From an uncultured Acidobacteriota bacterium (lineage in GTDB: Bacteria; Acidobacteriota; Vicinamibacteria; Vicinamibacterales; UBA8438): DNA of 30,329 nt. Of this stretch, positions 1 to 8,432 are shown in pieces. A program made the translations under genes and the position numbers. The stretch covers positions 1 to 30,329 of the forward strand of contig CAJWLU010000033.1 of the NCBI GenBank assembly GCA_913043225.1, given 5' to 3'. Positions within the stretch are counted from its first letter, which is position 1. Each line of letters begins with the position of its first letter. Below the pieces are notes generated by a model, which saw only the letters and a list, made by a program, of their open reading frames with translations, did not search any database and had not been told where the DNA came from.

Positions 1-2
1 AT

Positions 3-1241
3 CTGATCGTCAACCTCTAGCATGGTGTTTCCAACCAAACTGAACCCATCCACCTGGAACTGCATCACCTTCCTGAAATGGTCGCTGTTCTGGATTAGGA
101 CGCATGGGTCCCATGCACCTGATGTGGCTAGCATGCCGGCATCGAGAGGGTCGCATCCCTCATGAGGTAGGTTCTCCATAAGACCGGCAGTCCAGCCACT
201 CACCCCCAGCGGATCATCTGTATAGAAGGGCGTCGCGGTCAGGCCGGGCTCGACATGAAAAGTCGTGACAAGGCGGCCGCCCGGAATAGCGCGCGTATCC
301 TGCTCGATAATGCCAGGTACAGGCCTGCCATCTGACAGGCGCACAGCTTCTGGCGCGGACCAGACTTCGCCATCGGTGCTGATCATGAACTCCGTTCGTC
401 CGGAACGCGCACCGTCTTCATGTTCAGGCCAGACATTCACATAGGCCAGGAGCCGGTCTTCGGTTTGCCACCAGCCACCACTCGTCGTGTAGCCTTCATT
501 CCGGAGCGCCGTCAGCGCACGCGGCGGGCTCCAACTGGCGCCATCATCGTCGCTCACCGCATAGAGAACCTGCGTCTCTGGCGCATCCTCATCTCTTAGC
601 GAAGATTGCCATTGCGCATAAAGCCTGCCCTGAAATCGGGTCAGCGCATCTTCAAGGCTGTCCCGACTGGCCAGGTCGAGGTGACTGGTCGGTTCGTCGA
701 GCAGGAGGACGTCCGGTTCGGCCACCAGCGCCTGAGCCAACAACGTCCGCCGGCGCCAACCCCCGGACAGACGGTCGACCAGTTCGTCTGGCGGCAGCCC
801 GAGCCTCGCGATCAACTGCTCGACCCGCTGTTCAAGCCGCCAACCGTCCTGCTTCTCCAGCAACTGCTGGAAATGCCCCAGGGACTCGAGTCGTTCCGGA
901 GTCGCCTCGCGAGCCACCTCCAGCGCCGCTCGGTGATAGTCCCTCGCCAAATCTCCGAGCGCCCCAAGCCCATGCGCCACCAGGTCGAAGACCGAGTCGG
1001 ACGACGCATCTGCCACGTCCTGCACCAGCAGCCCGGTACGCACGGTGGCTCCCCGGTGCACGCGGCCGCCGTCGGGCGCCAGGGCTCCATGCAGAATACG
1101 CAGCAGCGTCGACTTCCCGGCTCCGTTGGGGCCGACCACGGCCACCCGCTCTCCGGACGCCACCTGCACATTCGCCTCGTCGAGCAACGGCACGTGCCCG
1201 TAGGCGTGAGACACCTGCTCCAACTGAATGAGCGGCGTCAC
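3..1241 (-). CDS. Partial, apparently chimeric ORF: ABC-F (Uup-like) ATPase N-terminal domain fused in frame to a BNR/sialidase-like fragment; runs off the window edge
   Basis: Hand-translated; absent from the ORF track because it has no stop. GTG at 1241 overlaps the upstream TGA (GTGA). MTPLIQLEQVSHAYGHVPLLD, Walker A GPNGAGKST, arm insert ending LEKQDGWRLEQRVEQL, signature LSGGWRRR, Walker B LLLDEPT. After TRFQG (627-635) the expected xxxxSHDR H-loop is missing and the frame continues as an unrelated sequence. Confidence 0.8.
   Translation of the reverse strand, partial: MTPLIQLEQVSHAYGHVPLLDEANVQVASGERVAVVGPNGAGKSTLLRILHGALAPDGGRVHRGATVRTGLLVQDVADASSDSVFDLVAHGLGALGDLARDYHRAALEVAREATPERLESLGHFQQLLEKQDGWRLEQRVEQLIARLGLPPDELVDRLSGGWRRRTLLAQALVAEPDVLLLDEPTSHLDLASRDSLEDALTRFQGRLYAQWQSSLRDEDAPETQVLYAVSDDDGASWSPPRALTALRNEGYTTSGGWWQTEDRLLAYVNVWPEHEDGARSGRTEFMISTDGEVWSAPEAVRLSDGRPVPGIIEQDTRAIPGGRLVTTFHVEPGLTATPFYTDDPLGVSGWTAGLMENLPHEGCDPLDAGMLATSGAWDPCVLIQNSDHFRKVMQFQVDGFSLVGNTMLEVDDQ
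156..635 (-). other. Internal fragment of a BNR/Asp-box exo-alpha-sialidase-like beta-propeller protein within the 3..1241 frame
   Basis: FQGRLYAQWQSSLRDEDAPETQVLYAVSDDDGASWSPP...TTSGGWW...FMISTDGEVWSAP...GIIEQD...FYTDDPLGVSGW...ENLPHEG; two Asp-box-like SxDxGxxW/SxDGxxW motifs. Confidence 0.7.
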
Positions 1242-2251
1242 TGCAGACAGCACTTCTTGAACTTGCGGCCACTACCGCAAGGACAGGGTGAGTTCCGACC
1301 GAACTTCCGGTGTCTGCGCTTCAGTTCATTCCCGATCGCGCCGAGGCGGCTCCCGAGGTCCTGATTGAACACACGCTCCAAGGTGCGATAGAGCTCGGGG
1401 TGCTTGCGCTGCATCAACCCCGGGCGCTCGAAGAAATACTCGGCCGTCACGGCAAAGAACTCCGCCTCGTTCGTGAGGGCGTACCGATCAATGTCCGACC
1501 GGCCACCTTCGATCTCGGCCATCTTACGGCGGACCAGGTCGAGCCACGGCTGCACCGCGCCGCCAGCAAGCCCAACCCCTGGCACCCCATCGATCACACC
1601 GTCGGTCTTGTCGACCAGATGGGCGAATTCGTGGACACCGACGTTTCGCTTGTCGGTGGCGTTCCTGAATCCGTTGATGAGATCTGGCTTGGCCAAGATC
1701 ATCAACCGGTTGAGACTGCCGGTACCGACCATGCCCAGGATGTTGTTCTCACGACGGTCTCCGAAGTCGAATTCGCCGTCGAACCGATTCGGATAGACCA
1801 GCACCTCCTGAATCTGGTCCCACTCCCAGTCTGGGAACCCGAAGATCGGGATGATGGCGCTCGCTCCGGTCAGCACGCGGGTCGTGACGTCGAGCTCCAT
1901 CTTGATGCCCGTGACCTGCTTCTCGCCCAGAAAGACCTGCAGATCTTCACGAAACCGCCGCTGTGCCTCAGGATCGAGCGCACGAAAGAACACCACGTCT
2001 CGCTGTAGCACCGTCTCCCATTCCGGGGGAAACGGTTGTGCCAGGAGTTCGCGCCGGCGCCGGATCTGACCCGTCCGCCAGACGAACACGCCCACCGCTG
2101 GCAGGGTTGCCAGCATGAGGGTCGTGACCGCCGGCCGTCCGGCCTTAATTGGCACCATGGCCAGGAACCAGCCGACCAGTGCGGTCAGAACCGCGAACAC
2201 CAGCGCCCACCGCCGCGTGCGCCTCATCCATCCCTGGTACTGCTCGGCCAT
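1238..2251 (-). CDS. MtfA/peptidase M90-family zinc metallopeptidase with N-terminal membrane segments and C-terminal SEC-C motif
   Basis: NVGVHEFAHLVD (HExxH), YALTNEAEFFAVTAEYFFERP typical of MtfA/DgsA anti-repressor family; two hydrophobic N-terminal stretches; C-terminus GRNSPCPCGSGRKFKKCC. Confidence 0.9.
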   Translation of the reverse strand: MAEQYQGWMRRTRRWALVFAVLTALVGWFLAMVPIKAGRPAVTTLMLATLPAVGVFVWRTGQIRRRRELLAQPFPPEWETVLQRDVVFFRALDPEAQRRFREDLQVFLGEKQVTGIKMELDVTTRVLTGASAIIPIFGFPDWEWDQIQEVLVYPNRFDGEFDFGDRRENNILGMVGTGSLNRLMILAKPDLINGFRNATDKRNVGVHEFAHLVDKTDGVIDGVPGVGLAGGAVQPWLDLVRRKMAEIEGGRSDIDRYALTNEAEFFAVTAEYFFERPGLMQRKHPELYRTLERVFNQDLGSRLGAIGNELKRRHRKFGRNSPCPCGSGRKFKKCCLQ

Positions 2252-2616
2252 CGCTTCAGTTCCAGTGTGGAGGGTGTCGTGGTACTGATGAGCGTAGCGC
2301 GCGGTCCTGCTGGGCTACCGGGCGTATCAGGCGCAACGAGGCGCACTGATCTTCCGACATCACCACGAGCCGTAAACGCTGCGTCGCTACCAGCCGCGCC
2401 ACATCGATACCGCTTGCCGCCACATCGAGGACCTGGAACAGATAATGCTCACTGACCTCGAGGAACCCGACGGCTCCAGAGACGCCAGATGGGACACTCA
2501 GTCGCTACGCAAGGAATTCTGCGGGCTCACCTAGCCGGACCGCTCAGCAGTCCCGACGAGTGGTCCTTCAGGACGACCAAGCCGTCACGCAGAGGAGCAC
2601 CAGCCGGGACGGGGGA

Positions 2617-3165
2617 TCACTGTCGACGAACGGAGTTCATTACGACCGGCGTATTCGGCACGTTGTTCGCCACCGGTGTAACCGCGATGGCATCGACTAC
2701 GTCCATGCCTGCCGTGACCTTGCCGAAGACAGCGTAGCCGAAATCGCGGACGCCGTTGTTCAGGAACGCATTGTCATTCACGTTGATGAAGAACTGGTCG
2801 GTGGCACTATCTACCGCGGCCGTCCTGGCCATGGCAAGCGTGTACTTGTCGTTCGTTAGACCGTTCTCAGCTTCGTTCTTGATCTGGTCCCGGGTCGACT
2901 TGCCCAGCCTCCTGCCCTCCCCACCCTGGATCATGAAGCCATCGATGACACGATGAAAAATGGTCCCATCGTAGTGGCGATCATCGACATACTGCAGGAA
3001 GTTCTCGACCGTGATTGGCGCGGCCGTTGGATTCAACTCGACCGTGATGACACCCATCGACGTGTCGATCACCACGACGGGCGCATCCTGCGCCGATGCC
3101 ACACTGCCCCCAACCAACGTGACCACAAGGGCCAGCGCCAATACCAGCGGTGTCCGAAACGTCAT
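2617..3165 (-). CDS. ppiA: Cyclophilin-type peptidyl-prolyl cis-trans isomerase, exported
   Basis: [54 protein letters not shown]; signal peptide ending ASA-QD; SD GGGAGGAG upstream. Confidence 0.95.
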   Translation of the reverse strand: MTFRTPLVLALALVVTLVGGSVASAQDAPVVVIDTSMGVITVELNPTAAPITVENFLQYVDDRHYDGTIFHRVIDGFMIQGGEGRRLGKSTRDQIKNEAENGLTNDKYTLAMARTAAVDSATDQFFINVNDNAFLNNGVRDFGYAVFGKVTAGMDVVDAIAVTPVANNVPNTPVVMNSVRRQ

Positions 3166-3215
3166 GCTAGTGCTCCTCCCTGACCGCCATCAGGGCGATC
3201 TGTCGCCTGAACTGG

Positions 3216-3224
3216 ATGGTATCA
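3216..3224 (-). promoter_or_regulatory. Candidate extended -10 promoter (TGn-TACCAT) for ppiA
   Basis: Minus strand reads TGATACCAT about 50 nt upstream of the ATG at 3165. Confidence 0.45.
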
Positions 3225-3337
3225 CCGGGCGAACGGCAGCAAGGAACCATCGGGCCACCGTCTCCGCGCCTTGCCGTACGTCCGAATCAGGCTCAAGGCC
3301 GCCGCCACCATCACTCCCAGGTCATGACGCACCAAAG

Positions 3338-3907
3338 TTACGCCCGCAACCGGTAGCGCAGCACCTGGGCCCAAAACACCGAAAACAGACAGTAGCCGAG
3401 GAAATAGTAGAACCCGGGCCCTAGCGTCGAGGTGAGATGGGTCTCCATCGCCACCTCAATATCCGGCAGCAGCGGCAGGGGCGCCTCGACGCTGAACTGA
3501 TTCGATTGTCCCTGGTCACGCGTGGCCAGGTAGGCCAAGAAAATGGCCACCACGAACACATCAGCCATCGACCACTTCCCGATGACGTCGACCACCTGGA
3601 CCAGCCGCTGCTTGAGCGCCTCGGTAGTCACGAAGATCGACGTCAGCAACATCCCTCCCTTGGCGACCGGCACGATGACGCTGAAGAGCAGGATCAGAAA
3701 CGACACGAGGTAATCGGCTGATTCCCACAGCTCAGCCACCGTGCCGAGAATGGATCGTGTCTGCTCATACACCGTCACCTCAACCGGGTCAGGGATGATG
3801 GAGGCTTGGACCTCGGTGGCGATGTGCACGCTGTAGATCGGCTGAGTGACGCCGGGCACCAGCAGGATGAAGTTGACCAGCGTCAGCGCGACGACAACCC
3901 CTTTCAC
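3338..3907 (-). CDS. Paraquat-inducible protein A (PqiA)-family membrane protein, single domain
   Basis: TRSILGTVAELW, LILLFSVIVPVAK, IGKWSMADVFVVAIF, LGPGFYYF; GTG start overlaps the upstream TGA. Confidence 0.85.
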   Translation of the reverse strand: MKGVVVALTLVNFILLVPGVTQPIYSVHIATEVQASIIPDPVEVTVYEQTRSILGTVAELWESADYLVSFLILLFSVIVPVAKGGMLLTSIFVTTEALKQRLVQVVDVIGKWSMADVFVVAIFLAYLATRDQGQSNQFSVEAPLPLLPDIEVAMETHLTSTLGPGFYYFLGYCLFSVFWAQVLRYRLRA

Positions 3908-4209
3908 GAGTCGCCCTGCCCACCGCGAATGGCGGCGACCTTCTTGTCGCGACTCGAGGCGAACTGCGACAGGTCGCGCCGGTGGTTCGCCTCCAACTGG
4001 GCGCGCGCCTCAGGCTCAAAGGCAACCGCCATCTTGGCACCGAACAGGATTTCGGCTTCGGCCACCTTGGCGTCGTGGTCGCGCCTGGCGTCAGCGATCC
4101 GGGTCTTCTGGTCATCAGTTAGCAGCGGCGGTGGCTCGGCGGCATCGTCCTGCTGCCGCAGCCGCTCCATCACCAACTCGACTGCGCTCTTCGGGGCATC
4201 GTTCGACAC
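3904..4209 (-). CDS. Small helical hypothetical protein
   Basis: 101 aa, KSAVELVMERLR...LTDDQKTRIADARR; preceded by SD AAAGGA and a TATAAT box; coupled to the PqiA-family gene by a 4-bp overlap. Confidence 0.8.
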   Translation of the reverse strand: MSNDAPKSAVELVMERLRQQDDAAEPPPLLTDDQKTRIADARRDHDAKVAEAEILFGAKMAVAFEPEARAQLEANHRRDLSQFASSRDKKVAAIRGGQGDS

Positions 4210-4238
4210 GATCCGCGTCCTTTCTCAAAAACTCCAGG

Positions 4239-4244
4239 ATTATA
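4239..4244 (-). promoter_or_regulatory. -10 box (TATAAT) for the hypothetical-pqiA unit
   Basis: Perfect TATAAT on the minus strand about 30 nt upstream of GTG 4209, in an AT-rich patch of a GC-rich genome. Confidence 0.55.
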
Positions 4245-4295
4245 GCGTCGACCCTCATCTGGACGGGTGTGCACCCAGCGGGTACGATGCCCGCC

Positions 4296-5684
4296 ATGCA
4301 TACGCTGTCGCGCCGGGCGCTGCTGCAGGCTCTGGCTAGTCAGACGCTGCTGGCCTCCGTCGCCCGAGGGCAATCGGCACCCTCAGGCCGCCCTCGTCCT
4401 CTATCGACGGACGCGGTCACCCACGACTGGCGCTCGTTTCTAGGCCCAACCCACAACGCCGTGTCGACCGAGAGCCATCTCAGCCGGGAGCTCCCGCCGC
4501 CGCTGGTCTGGGAAATGGAGAAGGGGACGGGCTACACGTCGCCGGCCGTCGCCGGCGACCACCTGGTGTTCTTTCATCGGGTTGGCGACCGCGAGATCGT
4601 GGAGTGCCTCCACCCCGAGACGGGGGAATCGCGCTGGCAGTTCAACTATGCAACAACCTATCGGGACCGCTACGGCTATAACGACGGCCCCAGATCTAGC
4701 CCCGTCATCGACGCAGGACGGGTCTTCACCTTCGGCGCCGAAGGGCGACTACACTGCCTCGAGCTCGAGACGGGCGAGGCTGTCTGGCATCGGGATCTCC
4801 GCAATGACTACGGTGCGCACCAAGATTTCTTCGGCGTCTCATCCACCCCTCTGATCGCGGAGTCACGATTGATCGTGAACGTCGGCGCTCCGGGCGGCCC
4901 CTGTGTCGTCGCCTTCGACGTCGACACCGGGGAAGAACTCTGGGGCACCGGCGAGTGGGGGCCCAGCTATGCCTCACCCGTGCCAGCTGTCATGCACGGC
5001 GAGCCACGCGTCTTCGTCTTCGCTGGTGGCGAATCCGATCCCCCGACCGGAGGACTGCTGTCGATCGATCCGGCGACGGGCGCCATCGACTTCGCGTTTC
5101 CGTTCCGCAGCCGCACCTACGAGTCCGTGAACGCGTCCTGTCCGGTCGTCTTCGACGACAAGGTGTTTGTCTCGGCCAGTTATCGCACCGGCGGCGCACT
5201 GGTCCAGGTCTTGCCGGATTTCCGCCATGAGGTCCTCTGGACCACCCAAGCGTTCGCCCTGCACTTCAACACCCCGATCCACCAGGACGGCTACCTCTAC
5301 GGCTACGACGGCCGGAACCAGGGCGACGCCTCGATCGCCTGCGTGGACGTGACCGACGGACGGGCAGTCTGGCGCGAAGCGCCAGTCTGGCGGGAAACCT
5401 TCGAACAAGGCGGCCGCCAGCGCGAAGCCATGGTCTCAACGGCGCGCGGATCGCTCATGGCAGTAGATGGTCAGTTCCTGGCGCTGGGTGAGCTTGGACA
5501 CCTGCTCTGGCTGGATCTGTCGCCCGACGGCTACCGGGAGATCTCACGTGCCTGGCTCTCCGCCGCCCAGGAATCCTGGACGCTTCCGGTGCTGAGCCGG
5601 GGCCTGCTCTACTTCGTGCAGAACACGCGTGACATCTTGACGGGCGCCGCACCCCGCCTGCGGTGCTACGACCTGCGTGCCTGA
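4296..5684 (+). CDS. Tat-exported PQQ-binding-like (BamB-like) beta-propeller protein
   Basis: Start placed at ATG 4296 (TACGAT 7 nt upstream) rather than 3846; twin-arginine SRRALLQ; DWRSFLGP, GYTSPAV, GPRSSPVI, repeated LxxxTGxxxW blades. Confidence 0.85.
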   Translation: MHTLSRRALLQALASQTLLASVARGQSAPSGRPRPLSTDAVTHDWRSFLGPTHNAVSTESHLSRELPPPLVWEMEKGTGYTSPAVAGDHLVFFHRVGDREIVECLHPETGESRWQFNYATTYRDRYGYNDGPRSSPVIDAGRVFTFGAEGRLHCLELETGEAVWHRDLRNDYGAHQDFFGVSSTPLIAESRLIVNVGAPGGPCVVAFDVDTGEELWGTGEWGPSYASPVPAVMHGEPRVFVFAGGESDPPTGGLLSIDPATGAIDFAFPFRSRTYESVNASCPVVFDDKVFVSASYRTGGALVQVLPDFRHEVLWTTQAFALHFNTPIHQDGYLYGYDGRNQGDASIACVDVTDGRAVWREAPVWRETFEQGGRQREAMVSTARGSLMAVDGQFLALGELGHLLWLDLSPDGYREISRAWLSAAQESWTLPVLSRGLLYFVQNTRDILTGAAPRLRCYDLRA

Positions 5685-5697
5685 AAGAGGTAACGGA

Positions 5698-6948
5698 ATG
5701 TCCGGTAAGCCCTCCAACCGCCTCACTCTCTACATCGGTATCGCGATCGTCGCCGCCGTAGCGCTGGCATTCGCCAGTCCCTCGGCGGCGGTCGGGTTCG
5801 AGGTGGGAGGAGAGGTCTTTTTACGCCTGCTGACAATGATGGTCGTGCCCTTGGTCGTGGCGAGTGTGATGAGCGGCATCATCGGGCTGGGCGACGTCCG
5901 AAAACTGGGCCGCCCGGGTGGACTCGCCATCCTGTATTACCTCACCACCACCGTGCTCGCCGTCATCGTGGGGTTGGTGATGGTGAACGTGATCCAGCCC
6001 GGCGTCGGGACCATCGATCAGGCCACGCTGGAGGAGATGGCGACCGCGGGGGAAGGTGTTACCGCCGAGCAGGAAGACGCTTCGCTCAACGCCATTCTGC
6101 GCAATCTCCTACTGATGCTCTTCACCGACAACCTGATCGAGTCGGCGGCCGAAACCAACCTCTTGCCCCTCATCGTGTTCTCGGTGATCTTCGCCGGCAT
6201 GCTCACCACGATGGGCCGACGCGTACACGCAATCGCCGAGATGATCGTGCAGGTCAACGACGCCCTGCTCGCCTTCATCCTGCTACTGATGCGCCTCGCA
6301 CCGCTCGGCATTTTCTGCCTGGTGACCGCCCGATTCGGAGAGGCCCAGCTCGAAGGCAATCTTGCCGACGTACTCCGGCAGACTGGCGCCTACTTCGGCA
6401 CCGTGCTGGCCGGGCTCTTCGTGCATGCGCTCGTCACGCTGCCCCTGATCCTCTGGCTCTTCACCCGCCGCAACCCGTTCCGGTTCCTGCTACAGATGAG
6501 CCAGGCGCTGCTGACCGCCTTCTCGACAGCCAGCTCGACCGCGACCCTCCCGGTCACAATGGAGTGCGCCGTCTCGAAGGCCGGAGTATCGAAGCGCTCG
6601 TCCGAGTTCGTGCTTCCACTAGGTGCCACTGTCAACATGGACGGCACCGCGCTCTACGAGGCGGCCGCCGCGATCTTCATCGCCCAGGCCATCGGCTTCG
6701 AGCTAACGCTCACCCAGCAAGTAGTGGTGGCCATCACGGCAACCCTGGCCGCGGTCGGGGCGGCCGGTATCCCGGAGGCTGGGCTCGTCACGATGATCAT
6801 CGTGCTGAACGCGGTCGGTCTCCCCGTGGAATACATCGGCCTCATCCTTTCGGTGGACTGGCTGCTGGACCGGTTCCGAACGGCGGTCAACGCGTTTGGT
6901 GACTCGGTCGGCTCGGCGGTCGTCGACCGCGCCTTCTCATCCTCCTAA
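5698..6948 (+). CDS. Dicarboxylate/amino acid:cation symporter (DAACS/SDF, GltP/DctA-like)
   Basis: FLRLLTMMVVPLV, AFSTASSTATLP, LPLGATVNMDGTALY, DWLLDRFRTAVN; SD GAAAGAGG before ATG 5698. Confidence 0.95.
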   Translation: MSGKPSNRLTLYIGIAIVAAVALAFASPSAAVGFEVGGEVFLRLLTMMVVPLVVASVMSGIIGLGDVRKLGRPGGLAILYYLTTTVLAVIVGLVMVNVIQPGVGTIDQATLEEMATAGEGVTAEQEDASLNAILRNLLLMLFTDNLIESAAETNLLPLIVFSVIFAGMLTTMGRRVHAIAEMIVQVNDALLAFILLLMRLAPLGIFCLVTARFGEAQLEGNLADVLRQTGAYFGTVLAGLFVHALVTLPLILWLFTRRNPFRFLLQMSQALLTAFSTASSTATLPVTMECAVSKAGVSKRSSEFVLPLGATVNMDGTALYEAAAAIFIAQAIGFELTLTQQVVVAITATLAAVGAAGIPEAGLVTMIIVLNAVGLPVEYIGLILSVDWLLDRFRTAVNAFGDSVGSAVVDRAFSSS

Positions 6949-7013
6949 CGACGCCGTCATGCGATAGGCTGGGGTGTCGACCGACCCCGAACTACAACGA
7001 AGGACGCGATTGC

Positions 7014-8432
7014 ATGGCTGAGACCACGAATGTCAGCAACAGCCTGACCGTGCGGGTGGAGTTCAAGAACGACAGCGGGATGCTGGGCCGCTTGGCCTCG
7101 GAGATAGGCCACCTGGGCGGCGATATCGGCGCGGTGGACCTAGTATCGGTCGGCGACGGGCTAATGGTGCGCGACCTGACCATTAACACCCGTGACGACG
7201 ACCACGCAAACGAGCTGATCGAGGGAATTCGATCGTTGGGCGGATTCACGCTCTTGCATCACTCGGACCGCACCTTCCTGCTGCACCTCGGCGGCAAGAT
7301 CGAAGTAGTGAGCCGGGCCCCGATCCGAACCCGAGACGACCTGTCGATGGCCTACACCCCGGGGGTCGCCAGGGTCTGTATGGCGATTCATCATCGACCC
7401 GAGGATGCCTACTCGCTGACCATCAAGAAGAACACGGTCGCCGTGGTCACCGACGGTACCGCAGTGCTGGGATTGGGCGACATCGGGCCAGCCGGGGCAA
7501 TGCCGGTCATGGAAGGCAAATGCGCGCTCTTCAAAGAGTTCGCCGGAGTGGACGCCTTCCCGCTGGCGCTCGACACCACCGACGCCGATGCCATCGTCGA
7601 CACCGTGAGCCATCTCGCTCCCACATTTGGCGGCATCAACCTGGAAGACATCTCGGCACCGCGATGCTTCGAGATCGAGGAGCGGCTCCAGGCAAAACTC
7701 GACATCCCGGTGTTTCACGACGACCAACACGGCACCGCCATCGTCACCCTGGCGCCGCTGATCAACGCGCTGCGCCTGGTGAAAAAGACTCCCGACGAGC
7801 TCAAGGTCGTCTTCAACGGAGTCGGAGCTTCGGGCGTTGCCGTCAGCAAGATCTTCATGGACTACGGCGTGAAGAACCTCATCGGCTGTGACCGCACCGG
7901 CGCGATCTATCGCGGTCGAACCGAGAACATGAACTTCATGAAACAGTGGTATGCCGATCACACCAACCCAAACGAGGAACACGGGAGCCTGGCCGACGTG
8001 ATCGAGGGGGCCGACGTCTTCGTGGGGCTGTCCGGACCCGGCGTGCTCACGGTGCCCATGGTCAAAAAAATGAACCGGGACGCGGTGGTCTTTGCCATGG
8101 CCAACCCGACCCCAGAAATCATGCCGGAAAAGGCGGCGCCCCACGTGCGGATCATGGCCACTGGCCGCTCGGACTACCCGAACCAGATCAATAACGTACT
8201 CGCCTTCCCTGGGGTCTTCCGAGGCGCCCTCGATGCCCGGGCCACAGTAATCAACGACAGGATGAAGCATGCTGCCGCAGAGGCGATCGCCGGCGTGATC
8301 CCGGCCACCGAGCTCCATGAGGACTACATCATCCCGAGTGTCTTTAACCGGGAAGTGGTCAAAGCGGTGGCCCGGGCGGTGTCCGGCGCGGCACGAGAGA
8401 CCGGCGTCGCCCGCCGCGAGACGAAGGGCTGA
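7014..8432 (+). CDS. NAD(P)-dependent malic enzyme with N-terminal ACT domain
   Basis: ACT-like N-terminus (GMLGRLASEIGHLGGDIGAVD); AYTPGVA, VTDGTAVLGLGDIG, GGINLEDI, FHDDQHGTA, FAMANPTPEI, ATGRSDYPNQINNVL; SD GAAGGA. Confidence 0.95.
   Translation: MAETTNVSNSLTVRVEFKNDSGMLGRLASEIGHLGGDIGAVDLVSVGDGLMVRDLTINTRDDDHANELIEGIRSLGGFTLLHHSDRTFLLHLGGKIEVVSRAPIRTRDDLSMAYTPGVARVCMAIHHRPEDAYSLTIKKNTVAVVTDGTAVLGLGDIGPAGAMPVMEGKCALFKEFAGVDAFPLALDTTDADAIVDTVSHLAPTFGGINLEDISAPRCFEIEERLQAKLDIPVFHDDQHGTAIVTLAPLINALRLVKKTPDELKVVFNGVGASGVAVSKIFMDYGVKNLIGCDRTGAIYRGRTENMNFMKQWYADHTNPNEEHGSLADVIEGADVFVGLSGPGVLTVPMVKKMNRDAVVFAMANPTPEIMPEKAAPHVRIMATGRSDYPNQINNVLAFPGVFRGALDARATVINDRMKHAAAEAIAGVIPATELHEDYIIPSVFNREVVKAVARAVSGAARETGVARRETKG

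Noticed and set aside
606..1364. 252-aa plus-strand ORF
   Set aside because: Antisense shadow of the ABC-F and peptidase frames; no motifs.
3846..4295. N-terminal extension of the beta-propeller ORF, and similar extensions at 15054, 16922, 18999, 23705 and 29450
   Set aside because: They overlap neighbouring genes or promoters; better starts are marked by signal peptides, stop/start overlaps or -10 boxes.
7161..8318. 385-aa minus-strand ORF
   Set aside because: Antisense shadow of the malic enzyme, expected from high GC codon bias.
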